Shown here one piece after another: positions 12,400 through 23,774 of a stretch of 51,097 nucleotides of DNA. Made by a program: the position numbers and the translations under genes. The notes under the pieces were generated by a model. It saw nothing but the letters and a program-made list of their open reading frames with translations. It ran no database searches and was not told the DNA's origin. Location of the stretch: NCBI GenBank assembly GCA_001938485.1, contig MQRK01169514.1, positions 1 to 51,097 of the forward strand, written 5' to 3'. Position 1 is the stretch's first letter; the number at the start of each line of letters is the position of its first letter. The stretch is from Girardia tigrina (taxonomy: Eukaryota).

Positions 12400-14930
12400 T
12401 AAACTGTGAATGCACATCTTGAAGAATTGAAGCAGCTCCTTGAAAGAAAATGGTTCAGTAGAAAAGACTTCATTAGAAGAGGTAGCGAGGAAATTTACCG
12501 AATCTGGAAAACAGCAAGAAAACATCTACTGCTAAAGTTGAGGGAATGGAAACGAAATAGGGCGGAAATCTTGGGAAAGCAAATAGAGGAGATCCTGAAC
12601 CATGTAGGGGGTAATACACGTAATTTACTCACGGAGCATAGAATGCTCAGCAATGGTGAGAGTCGGGAGTACACCCTGTGTACAGTAAACAGATCAGTTC
12701 CAGACGAGGTGATCACCTCACATTTTTATCGGATTTTTCAGTCGCAGATCTCTTGGATGTCGAAAACCTTATCGGGTTATCAGAACAGAATGCTTCCCTA
12801 GAAGCAGTGCCGCAAGTAGAGGAAGTTGGAAGCGTAATTGCACAGCTAAACGAATGGAATAATTCCTGAATTATTCAAATGGAGAGGCCATAATCTTGTT
12901 TTCAAAATGACAGAATGCTTTGAACACATTTGGGAGGGAAGAGTAGACTTCCCGGAAAGTTGGAAAGAAGGGAAGGTGGTCACAATATACAAAGGAAATG
13001 GTTAAAGAAATGACCTCACAATTACCTTGCTTGAAGTTGGAGGAAATATAATACCACGGGTTATAGTAAATAGATTTATCCCGATAGTTGAAAGAGAAAT
13101 TGATGAATGGCAATTTGGTTTCGGAGCGGTAGGGGAACGCAACATGCAATATGTATTATTCGGAAGATTCAAGAAGAAGCAAGGTACAGAAACCAATATT
13201 TATATGTAATTTTCATAGACTTCGAGAAAGCTTAAGATAGTGTACCAAGAAATGTGCTTTGGATATGCCTAAAGAAACTGGGGATAAATGGCAGAACACT
13301 GAGCATGATTACTCAATTTCATGAGGGATTCAAGGGCTTAATTGGTCAACATGAGTTCACAATATTCAAAGGCGTAAGATAGAGTTGTGTTCTGGGACAT
13401 TTATTGTTTAATATTGTGTTTGACAGAGTACTCAAACTAGCAAAGGTAAATGGCATGACAGGATGGTTACAATTTCAAAATGTGAACTGAACCGAACTGT
13501 AGTTCAATCATTTAGCGTATGCAGATGACCGTTGTCTCATTGACAAAGACTATAATGAGTTAACAAGAAATCTACGTATTCTAAATGGAGTGTTCCAGCA
13601 ACTGGGTCTAAAGATCAACATAAAAATGACCAAGATTAAGAATCCAAATGGTGACTCAAAAATACAAACAGCAGGTTGCGAGTTGATGTCTGGAATCGAA
13701 TGGGTTACCGAGTTCAGTTACCTTGGATCAATAATATCTTCTTACGGAACTTGTGAGGTAAATATCAGAGAGAGAATAAGGAAAGGGTACTTCAAGCTAC
13801 GAACATTGATGCCTATCCCGTAGTGTCCAAAACTAACGATCCGAAGCAAGCGAAAATTGATTGGGAGTTGTATAGTACCTGTAATATACTATGGGTGTGA
13901 AAATTGAAGGACTACAGACACACTGGTAAAGAAACTGCAGAGCCTACACAATCATGGTACTCACCTAGTGTTTGGGATAAGAAAGGATCAGAAGATCAGA
14001 ATGGATGCCAACACAATTGGGTTACCTCACTCAATGGACATTCTAGCAAAGAGACAGCTCCCGTTCCAGGCTCTATTAGCTACTGGCAACGGGCCGATGA
14101 TCCTGAAAAGGGTCATTGAATCCTCAATTACAGAAGGTAAAAAAATCTCAGGAAGAAAGAAGCAGAAAATCAAAGAATGCCTAAGAGTCGACACTAAATG
14201 GCTTTTTGGAGAAATCCCTTCCTTCGATGATTTTTTAATTATAATTCAGCTGGAAAGCGCTAAATTTAAGATGAAAGATAGGATCGACTCAATAATATGT
14301 GAGAGGCGAATAATTGGGTGGATATCAGAAGACACGCCAAAACTTATCAGACCACGGATGAAAATGTTTCAATGTTCATATGAATCTTGTTTCAGGGAAT
14401 TTGCGGAGCAGACAGAATTAAATCGACACGAGAAACAAGATCATAGACCAAGAGTCCCTCAAGAAGAAGAGCCGGAGGAATTCAATTGCCATCTATGCTG
14501 AAAAAACTACAAGACCAAAGGATGGCTAATCAGATTTCTCAAAACAGCGCACAAAATTGAAGAAGAACAATTAGTCCAATTTTTTTCGAGCAGAACCAAT
14601 CAGTCCAGACTATTAGAATGAAGGGAATCTACCATTGAACGCGATACCAGAAGACAACGCAACTCAAGTACCAATCGTCGATCCGAATGCTGCTTCGATA
14701 GGATAGTCTGAAGCGAGTCTTTTAGAAACCCATCTGGACTACCGCTTTACAGATATAAATGTGAGAGGAACCTTCAGAATCCAGTTTTGCGGATGCGTCA
14801 AGTCCACGTACACAGCCAAAGGGATGCAGAATCATGGGACTACTATCCATGACTGGTCGTTTCTGACTAGATTGCCAAAGCGTGCGCGGAAGCGAAAGGC
14901 TGACGTCCCTGTAGGAGGTTTACCGTGGAG
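12400..14930 (+). mobile_element. 5'-truncated, inactivated RTE-like non-LTR retrotransposon
   Basis: RT motifs QFGFG, FIDFEKA*DSVPR, GVR*SC, LAYADD, FSYLGS; C-terminal zinc fingers; stops and frameshifts. Confidence 0.85.
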
Positions 14931-14934
14931 CTTA

Positions 14935-15690
14935 TAGACTTATTTGGTTTGGTTAGACCATCTAAAGAGCTTATTGGCTCAATACTATTCTTGAAAGAGA
15001 TTGGAGGCCCATATTGATGTTGTTATTAATATTTATTCACCATATACTGCCAGACATCCTCAAGCTCTCTATCATAATAAATCAAAGCATTTTGGTAGAA
15101 AGTGGAATAATTTTCATAGAAAAATGTATACACTTGTCTCGTGTGAACCTCTTTTGTCTTAATTCTTTACTCTCGAAGATATTTCTTCAAATGATTAAAC
15201 AAGAATATCTCACTGGAATCAAATCAAAAGCACAAAGTCAATATTCTATTACATGTATGGTTCAGTGAGTGCACGAATGCGTTGTCATGCTATGTGGGTT
15301 GATGTACTATTTATATCCACAAGATTCATGATTATTTTATGGATCATAAATGCTCAAATATCCATCAGCCCTATTCATAATATTACAGGAAATGTGCACC
15401 CAGACCCATAAATACTACCACATTTGCTTAACATTCGTGTACTTCCTTTTCTTCTACCTTAGATGTCAAGAAAAGATAAGATGAAACGACTGTACAATTT
15501 TCTGACTTCCTTACCTTCCAGTATGTTTTTTCCAGTCCTTTTACCGACGTGGAGCTTACTTGATAGTTTTCTCCTTGCTCAATATTATTTAAATTTTCTA
15601 GTTTCCTTACGGAATTTTTTTGAAATAATTCTTTCTTGTTGTCAAAAGTCTTTGTTTCTTTAATAAAATTTGGAATTATTTACAGATTTT
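14935..15690 (-). mobile_element. Highly degenerate Tc1/mariner relic
   Basis: HDNA...FDLIPV...FNHLKKYLR remnants. Confidence 0.4.
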
Positions 15691-17408
15691 TACCCGGGTT
15701 AAAATTTGAAAATTAAATATTTGTCATGATAAGAATTAACAAAATTAAAAATGATTTATCTAGCATGAAAGCTAATAAAAAATCACATCTCTGGTCAAAA
15801 TTTAAGCTTTTCACCTTATAAACTCTTGACTTAATTGACAAAATTGTGATTTTTTTACTGTGCACTGAATTTTGCATGCTACTGTGTATTAATATATATG
15901 CTGAATATTGGTCCTCCTTTACCAACATCTGTCTGAAGGTTGGTATTAAAATTGTAACCTTCAATAGAAGTGTTGTGATGGAAAAATCTTTTAATACTGA
16001 TTTTTTTCGAAAGTTTCTGTTTGAGGTGAAAGTATTTGTTGGATTCGAGGTCAAGAATAGAATTCATAACACAAGTATTTATGTCTATTACAATTAGCTA
16101 TTTCCAAACAAATTTACGAGGAACAATATTTTCTTATTTTGCACAAAAACCAGTTATCAAAATTTTATTATAAATATCCATATGTTAATTATAAATTTTT
16201 TAATGACTGTTTTAATTTTATATAAATCAACTATTTTTAAAAATTAATTATTTAGCAAATAATTTCAAACTTACAACATTTTCAAATAGCTTTAATATTT
16301 AAAGAATTATCTGTTTTAAAAATTACATTTTTAGCAAATAAAATTTCATTAATTTATTTTTGAAAATTACTTTTTAAAATTATTTAGAGATATTTTTTAA
16401 TTATAATTCTTTTCAAGAACTTTTGATTTTATATATTTGCTTATTTTAAATATTCAAAAATTTAAGCGTTCGCCAAATCCTCCAGTACGCACGAAGATGT
16501 GTAAACGATGAGTATTTTAGATTGAGAAACAAATTGATTTTTTTAATTTTAGTTTCAAAATCCATTATCGAAATTGTGTTGAGAATTTGGAATTTTATAT
16601 CAAAAGATCTCTATTTAAAATCAAAAATTTTCTTTTTAATTGAGAAACATTACCTATTCAAAAATAAACCCCTTTATTGGTAACTTAATGAAATTATTAG
16701 TACAATTAGTTTATAAATTATGTTTGCGAAATGTGACGAAATTATTTGCCTAATTCGTGAATTCGGCAATTACACAAATTCGACATTTTTTTCCTCGCCA
16801 ATTAAATTAACGTTAATCATAACGTTAATTTTTGTACAAGTTACTCATCTTCCATAAACGGTATTATACTAATATTCTTCAGAAATACATATTTTAAACT
16901 CAAGATTGAAATGAACCTTCTTTACTAATAGTCAAGTTTGGTATCCAACTAGTGAGGAAAATAGTTTTATTTATCCATTTATTTTGTTTCACGAGAGATT
17001 CCTTAATACAACTCTTTGAAAATTATTTGAAATAAAATCATAAAACTTTGGGTAATTTTTATATATTTGCCTGTTATTCAAGTCAACCTGAAACATTTAA
17101 AAGGACATGATAAGGTTCTATAAATATATACAGCAGATAGATTAATCCTTTCAAAGAAAGAATTTTTTATACTAAATGTTCCAGATTGATTAAATATTGG
17201 AGCTTTTTGAGTTCATAAAATTTTCGAATTTGAAATCTAATCAATTTAATAATTCAATAATTACATTTCGAAAAGTAGATTTATAGATCATGTTAAAATG
17301 AGATTTTTATAAAATAGCGTAAAAAGTAATTGAAATAAAATTAATTTTTAATATTTAACAAAAAACCAATAAATAGATTTATTAATAAAGTTAATTTATA
17401 ATTTTATA

Positions 17409-18135
17409 CATAGGCGCCCGCAGGATTTTTTCCAAGAGGGGGGGGGCAAAATAAAAACTTTCCTTAGGTAGAATTTTTCTAGGGGGGGGCAAATTTTAAA
17501 ACTTCTACTGGGTGGAATTTTTAAAAATAGAAATTTATTTATTTATTTATTTTCCTTCTCATCAATTTCGAAATCATAAAAACATAAATCACATTAATAA
17601 ACCACAGCTTACACAATAAACAACATTAAAAATAAAATATTCAAATTGATATTTATTAGAGCACGCATTTTTTTTAAAAGTGTTTTATTTACAACCACAA
17701 ATTATTCTGTGCAAAGAAATTGCAGCCTTCTCTTTTCTAACGCAAACCGATTAAGAACATTTATAAAATATTGTTCTTGCATTTCGTCTATTATATGACG
17801 ATGGACACTCATCTTACAAAGGCCATTTAGTCTATTCTCTACCATAGTTGATCGTAACCAGGTTTTAAACTTGTGTTGAGTACTAAATGACATCTCTACT
17901 GTACAAGTAGTAGCTGAAAGTGTCAATGTCAGAGTAAGGGCCAAAGAAACAGAAGGATAAAATACTGACAGAATGTTGTATTAAATCTAAGAAACTCAGA
18001 TTTTGAATCTCATTTATTGGTTTATCGTTCCAATATGCAAACCAAAATATAGCATCAGCTGTGAAATTTAATTTACTATTTATATTTTGTTTTTCGTACG
18101 CATTTAATTTTTAATTCCAGGGGGGGAAATGACCA
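17409..18135 (-). mobile_element. Internally deleted hAT element with C-terminal dimerisation domain
   Basis: Terminus cataggcgcccgcagg with G-rich subterminal repeats; TVEMSFSTQHKFKTWLRSTMVENRLNGL. Confidence 0.8.
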
Positions 18136-18481
18136 AAAATGAAAATATAACCTTCATTAAAAAAAGGATTAAATGAAAACAACTGAAAACAGAATTTTCA
18201 ATTTTTTAAGAAATAAAGTTTAGCGTCATGAAGTTTAACTTTTGAATTTCAACCCAATAATATATATTTTTAAAATAAAAGTAAAAATAAATATTACTAT
18301 TAATATATTAATATCGTTAATTATGAAAAATTGTTTCATTGTAAAAAATAATAATGATTTGTTTTTGGAAAATTCCAAGAAAAAATTTGTTTTGTTTAAA
18401 TAATATTGTTGAAAATATGTGATAAGTTGAAATTTGTAAATTCTAAATCAATAAAATTTGAGTATTTGTTGAATTTTCTGT

Positions 18482-18703
18482 CAAACAATAAAGTGGAGTT
18501 TAGATTTCCAAAGCGCGACTGATTCTCTGGAGTCGATGTCCGATTTGAAAGCGGAAAATTGGATGTTCGTTAGGATTCCGTATTTTGTGTTGGCTTGTGT
18601 TACGATTTATTTGATGTTTGTGCTGATCGGACTGAAATTAATGGCCAATCAATCAACATTTAATTTAAAATTCGTTATAATATCATACAATTTCATGTTG
18701 TCA
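18482..18703 (+). pseudogene. ELOVL: N-terminal fragment of an ELOVL fatty-acid elongase
   Basis: MSDLKAENWMFVRIPYFVLACVTIYLMFVLIGLKLMANQSTFNLKFVIISYN matches the DPRV.DW.....P...G.K.M..R.PF.L....YN pattern; truncated. Confidence 0.75.
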
Positions 18704-18883
18704 TTTTTTTTTGTCAATTTTTTCCTTAACAATAAACTTGTTTCTCGACAGTGAAGATAACTTTTTTTGTCTTCATTGATAAACAATAACTTCTTTTATC
18801 TTCCATTTTATTTTCCGTGGATTTTTTTGTTTCTTCTTTCTGTTGTTTTTTTTATTATTTGTAATTACTGAAATATTATTTTC

Positions 18884-19197
18884 AAATGGAGTTTACCACC
18901 CGATTTGGACTGCATTCTCAAGCAATCCGACTCATAGGAAGCGTCAATAAAAGCCTCGCATACTCACACGGGTCTAACACCCTCTATGGACTTTATCACA
19001 ATCAAGTGAATTTGGAGTACACTCAACCAATAAAGACACAACCTTTACACCACAATTCCTAGTACCAAAGGCACAGGATTCGGTGCTGGGCTTTTTCCAG
19101 GTCGTTCGCCACTACCATGGAAATCCTTGTTAGTTTCTTTTCCTCCGCTTAGTGATATGCTTAAGTTCAGCGGGTAATCTCATCTGATCTGAGGTTG
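18884..19197 (-). rRNA. 28S (LSU) rRNA 5' fragment (D1 region); pseudogene
   Basis: acctcagatcag...acccgctgaacttaagcatatcactaagcggaggaaaagaaactaac...ggtggtaaactcca. Confidence 0.95.
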
Positions 19198-19558
19198 AAA
19201 AATAAATTTTGAAAAATAAATTTCTTTATGAATTTTTTTATCTCTTATTAATTTAGTATTTGGACCATTTTTTTTATAAATCTTTCTTCAAATTTGTTTT
19301 GTTTGCAAGATGCGCTCTTTTGAATACCGACTTTAATCTGTTCTGTTATCCGATTGATTACATCAACGATCGCAACTCGATAATTTAGTCTGGGCTTTTT
19401 ACATTTTCTATATCTCGAAATGGGTGGAATTACTCCACACTGTCTTATTTATTCTTTAAAAGAAAAACAACCAAATAACATTTTTGCATGTCTTCCACAA
19501 CGAAATAATGCCCCTTCCATGATGGCTTGCATCTAACTTTGTTGCTGGCGTTGAAGTG

Positions 19559-19723
19559 ATGGATATTTTGGACAAACGCGACATCGTCGTACCGGCTTTC
19601 AGAATCATACGAACTGTTGAAGAAGTTCCAATAATTTCGGATGCAATTGCTAAATAATCGGGAACCAGAAATCTGGTTGTTAAAGCTCAGATTCTAGCAA
19701 AAGGCTGACGAGGGGGCGCATTC
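19559..19723 (+). pseudogene. N-terminal fragment of succinyl-CoA ligase beta subunit (SUCLA2/SUCLG2-like)
   Basis: MDILDKRDIVVP...AK*SGTRNLVVKAQILAKG*RGGAF resembles the VVKAQ(V/I)LAGGRGKG motif; two stops. Confidence 0.75.
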
Positions 19724-20258
19724 CTATGGGCCGAATGCGACCAACCCCTTACTTCCGAATTCAGATTAAACACTGAATAAGTTATCTTTCATACAAAAAG
19801 TGCATCTTATATTAATAAGGAACAATAATCCCATATTCAATAATTATTAATTGTAAAGTTGCAAAAGAAGAAAAGACTATTGTAATAAAAATAAATAATT
19901 ATTATCCCAAAAATAAACTAAGCTAACTGGACTGAAGTTCATGGAACTCCGAGTCATTTAATAATCTTCTTTAATTTTACAATATTTTAAAATTATATAT
20001 TGAGATAACTTGAAAAAAAATATTTTAAAATTATAACCGAAAATAAATATTTCTCCTTCATTTATTTTATTTAAATCAATTACGATAATTAAATAACGAA
20101 AACCAAAATATAATGCAAATTGAATTTATATCTTGATTCCGGTTTATTATTTATTTTTTTCTATGTCCAAAATAAGTTATCTCACATTTTAAAGCTATTT
20201 TTTTTAAAAAAAGAAAGAAATTTATTTAATATTTTTTGTTTAATTTACAACGACTTAC

Positions 20259-20453
20259 TGTGTTTGAATTGTCAAAGAAATTATTTATTGAATTTTGCTG
20301 ATTAGATCGGCTGATGTTGTCCGACTCGGTATCCGAAACTGAGTGACTCGAAATCTTTGATGCTTGAGATACATTTGATCGGTTTCTGTTCTGAAAGGAG
20401 TCACATTTGAAGATTTTCCTCCCCGAATCGCCCCTATTAAAACTGGCACTCGA
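20259..20453 (-). CDS. Host gene exon (phase 0-0), SSASFNRGD...FFDNSNT
   Basis: Acceptor ttctccttcttcag, consensus donor gtaagt; 195 nt open. Confidence 0.75.
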
Positions 20454-20505
20454 CTGAAGAAGGAGAATCGGATAAAAGACAACATTAACTTGATGTTTAT
20501 CTTAC

Positions 20506-20640
20506 CTTTTTATTTAACGGAAGGGTTTGACAATTTCGATCGTAATATTCTTCTGTTTCACTATAATGACCTGTTTTCATTGTATTTTTAGTGGGGATAT
20601 TTTTTTCCACCGCCCCTAATCTTGATAAACTTGATTCTTT
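20506..20640 (-). CDS. Host gene exon (phase 0-0), KESSLSRLG...QTLPLNKK
   Basis: Acceptor tcctttgtag, donor aag|gtaaga; 135 nt open; followed by a 52-nt GT-AG intron. Confidence 0.75.
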
Positions 20641-20689
20641 CTACAAAGGAATTTTATGTAAATATTATCATTACAATATATTTGTGTCA

Positions 20690-21930
20690 ATTTAGTCTAT
20701 ATAATCTATATTATTGATGAATCACTTTATTACATCAAATTATTTCAAAATCAAATATCTTGATCTTGGTATGTGAAGCTGTAAAAATTTTATTTTTTGG
20801 ACTCTTCCACTTGAAAAATTATCTTCGGATATGGCTAGAAATATGATTAATGTTTTTTATAGTAAAAATAAAATATTATTTATCAGGAATATTTTAAATT
20901 GTGTATAAATGTGGTGTATTGATTTGAGTGCGTTGAAATTGGAATCGTGACTCTCCCACGCAGTTGGAAAATTGGTGTTTTATTGTATTTGCGATTAATG
21001 ATCATTCGAATAGAATCGACATTTTTAAAATTAATGAAAATTTAATTATCCGATAAAATTTTAATTTAAAAAGTAATAAGTCAGGATAAATTTAATATAT
21101 AAATAAAATTCAATTTACTTAATAGAACATCAAGCTTAATCTTTAATCGGAGAGAAATGGTTTTAAAAGGTTTTGTTGAAAGAATGGAAAACATAATTAA
21201 AAACTTTTTTTTCTTATTCGACTAATAAAATATAATGTACCTACAGGACTGGTTGACATTGCCCAGGGCAAAATAGTCTGTATAAATTAAGATGTATGTT
21301 ATGTATAGATTAAAAAACTATTTTTTGGCAGTCAAAACAAAACGGCTAGCCACTGTTTCTTTGTTACAGGATTCTCATGGCAAACTCAAAACTCCTCTCC
21401 TGTTACAATCTAGTAGCAATCGGTGAAAATTTAAGTTAACCTTCATAAGCTTGTGAGAAAATCATTATCCAGCTTTTCGCACCTTCCCAAGGTCTTTCAA
21501 TTGCCGAGATATGGTTTCCTTCAAGGTAAATCAATATTTTAAACATATACATTTGATTATAAAGTATAACTGAATCAAAATAAAATGAGCGGCACGAACT
21601 TTTGCATATACCTAATATATTCAAAATCTGAAAGAAAACAACAAAAATATGAATAAATTTTAAAAATAATGTCAATTTTTAAAAACAAAACAAAAAATAT
21701 GCCATTTAAAAATATTTTTTTCGTCATATTATATATTTCGACCGGAAAGAGTGTCGTGTGAAGCCTTGTTAAACAAGGTCTTGTGATCCTAATATTAATG
21801 TTCAAACGGCATTTTCAATCAATGAAGTTTACATAATAGATTACGTAATCATCGATTTCACATATATAAGAAATAAAAAAGCTAAAAGTCAGTGATCTGA
21901 AAATGACGGCAAAAACCGTTGAAATGTATT
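20690..21930 (-). mobile_element. Degenerate mariner relic
   Basis: ETISRQLKDLGKVRKAG, an LPxGxVN-like segment, C-terminal KVI.NN.DYID*-like remnant. Confidence 0.55.
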
Positions 21931-22386
21931 ATTACAAAAAAAAATATATTTTTAAGTCGTATATCTTTTGTTAATTAATATTAATTCACAGAAAAACTTA
22001 AAAACTGAAGGAAATTTGTACCTCGTGTGAAATATATCTGTAATCTTAGATCGAATGTTTGGCAAACTTACTCGAATCTCTTAAAAAAATAAGCAAAACA
22101 AAAACGTATTGAAAAAAATTCACATTATATTTTTGATTGTTTTCTTATGATCGCCACCTAAGGTAGGCCAAATGCTTTTATAGTTAATAATCTTTTTTTG
22201 ATTGTGTTTTTGCGCTCTTCCGAATATTCATGGTACCCTATAGTTCCAAGACACCTGTGTTACGATTAACTCTATGAAGATATTAACGTTTTAACTGAAA
22301 AAAGTTTTATTTTATATGGATAAAAAAGTAAATATATTAAAAGAAATATAAGTATACGTTTTAGAAATACGTAAATCAAATGATAC

Positions 22387-22504
22387 CATTTTGATTATTG
22401 CTGATTTGAAAGCATTTTCAAAGGGTCGTTGCCTTTGAGAATATTCAACTGGATCATGATACGCTGACACAGACTTGGATGGCTGATTCTGATGTGAGGA
22501 TCGC
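22387..22504 (-). CDS. Host gene exon (phase 2 to 0), RSSHQNQPSK...AFKSAIIKM
   Basis: Acceptor ttttcttcatccag, donor atg|gtatca; 118 nt; open only in phase 2. Confidence 0.6.
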
Positions 22505-23226
22505 CTGGATGAAGAAAACAGGTTTTTAATCAAAATAATCCGAATGCGGCATATTTACCGTAAAATTCATTTCCAAAATAATTATTAATAAAATATTTTA
22601 TAAAAAAAATAAATATTTTATGAAAAATATAATTAAATTATTTTAAAGGGTCATTTTATTTTTAATTTTCTTTAACGCATCTCGGTCGTTTGTAAATACT
22701 AATTTATATTAAAAAAAATTTTTATTTATTTTTAACTGTATCAATTTGTAATATAAAATTTTGCCATAAAATCAAAATTAATTTTATTGGCAAATGGAAA
22801 TAGAAATAGAAAAAATATTTTAAATATTATAAATATTTTTTTAATGTCATTTCCAGTTATTTATTATTTAATCATTATTTATTATTTAAAGTTATCATTA
22901 CTGTTTCATTAGAAAACAATTGAAGAATACATTTTTCTGAAGGGCTGTAATTAAAAAAATATTTATTTTGTTTTTATTCTAAATCTTTTTTCATATAATT
23001 GAATTATAGTCCTTTTTATTGATTTGAATGAAGATGTCTTCATTTTATTGATTTGAATGAAGACATTTAAAGAAAAAGGTCTCAGCAAAGAGAAAACTAC
23101 TTGACACAAAGGCACATAAATGTGTATTATAATATATATTATGATTGTTATGACAAAATAGAAATTTTGTTGTAAAAAAATTGAAAATAAAATTTCAAAA
23201 ATACTGTTGATGCTATTGTTTAAAAT

Positions 23227-23774
23227 GGTACCCTGACAAAGGCGCAACTACTAATCCGCTAAAATGTAATAAATGTTTTTGAAATTAATTCAGTTAAAGG
23301 TTGGCATAATGTATTTCAGTCATCTGCTGCTTGTCATCATCCTACCATTTACACATTGGTCGATAGTTTCCGTCGTGAACAGGACTTGACAGAGTAAACT
23401 ATATGTCGTATATTTAGTGGAATTTATACTCAAACAGCCAACAAATTTAAGTAGGTTCAAATATCTAAACGTTTTGCTGTAATTATTCCTACTTATAAAG
23501 GACGTTAATTTAAGGATTATTTGCACGCGGTAGCTCCTAATATTGATTGTGAATTTTTGATATTGTTTAATTGATAATAAATTTGTGTTTTTATCTATTA
23601 GGCAATTATATTAAATTTATATTTCCAAAATATTTTTAGTATTAACGAATTAATAATAAAAAAATTTCAAAAACATTTATGCAATCCCGTTTTAGCGCCT
23701 TTGTCGTGCGCGCATTTTTCGTCGCGCATTTTTTGCTGCGCGCATTTGTTGCTGCACGCATTTGTTGGGTCATC
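23227..23774 (+). mobile_element. MULE/Mutator deletion derivative
   Basis: 9-bp TSD gtttaaaat/atttaaaat; ends built from ~16-bp gcgc-containing repeats; KGWHNVFQSSAACHHPTIY...REQ and DYLHAVAPNI C-terminal motifs. Confidence 0.8.

Noticed and set aside
15713-16097. Overlapping ORFs on both strands, including a KGGPIF motif
   Set aside because: No coherent family match or splice support
20285-20485. 66-aa ORF resembling a mitochondrial presequence
   Set aside because: Wrong frame; it overlaps an intron and an exon that is spliced in another frame
23695-23774. Short GC-rich direct repeats resembling a CRISPR array
   Set aside because: No unique spacers; these are MULE subterminal repeats bounded by a 9-bp TSD in a eukaryotic context
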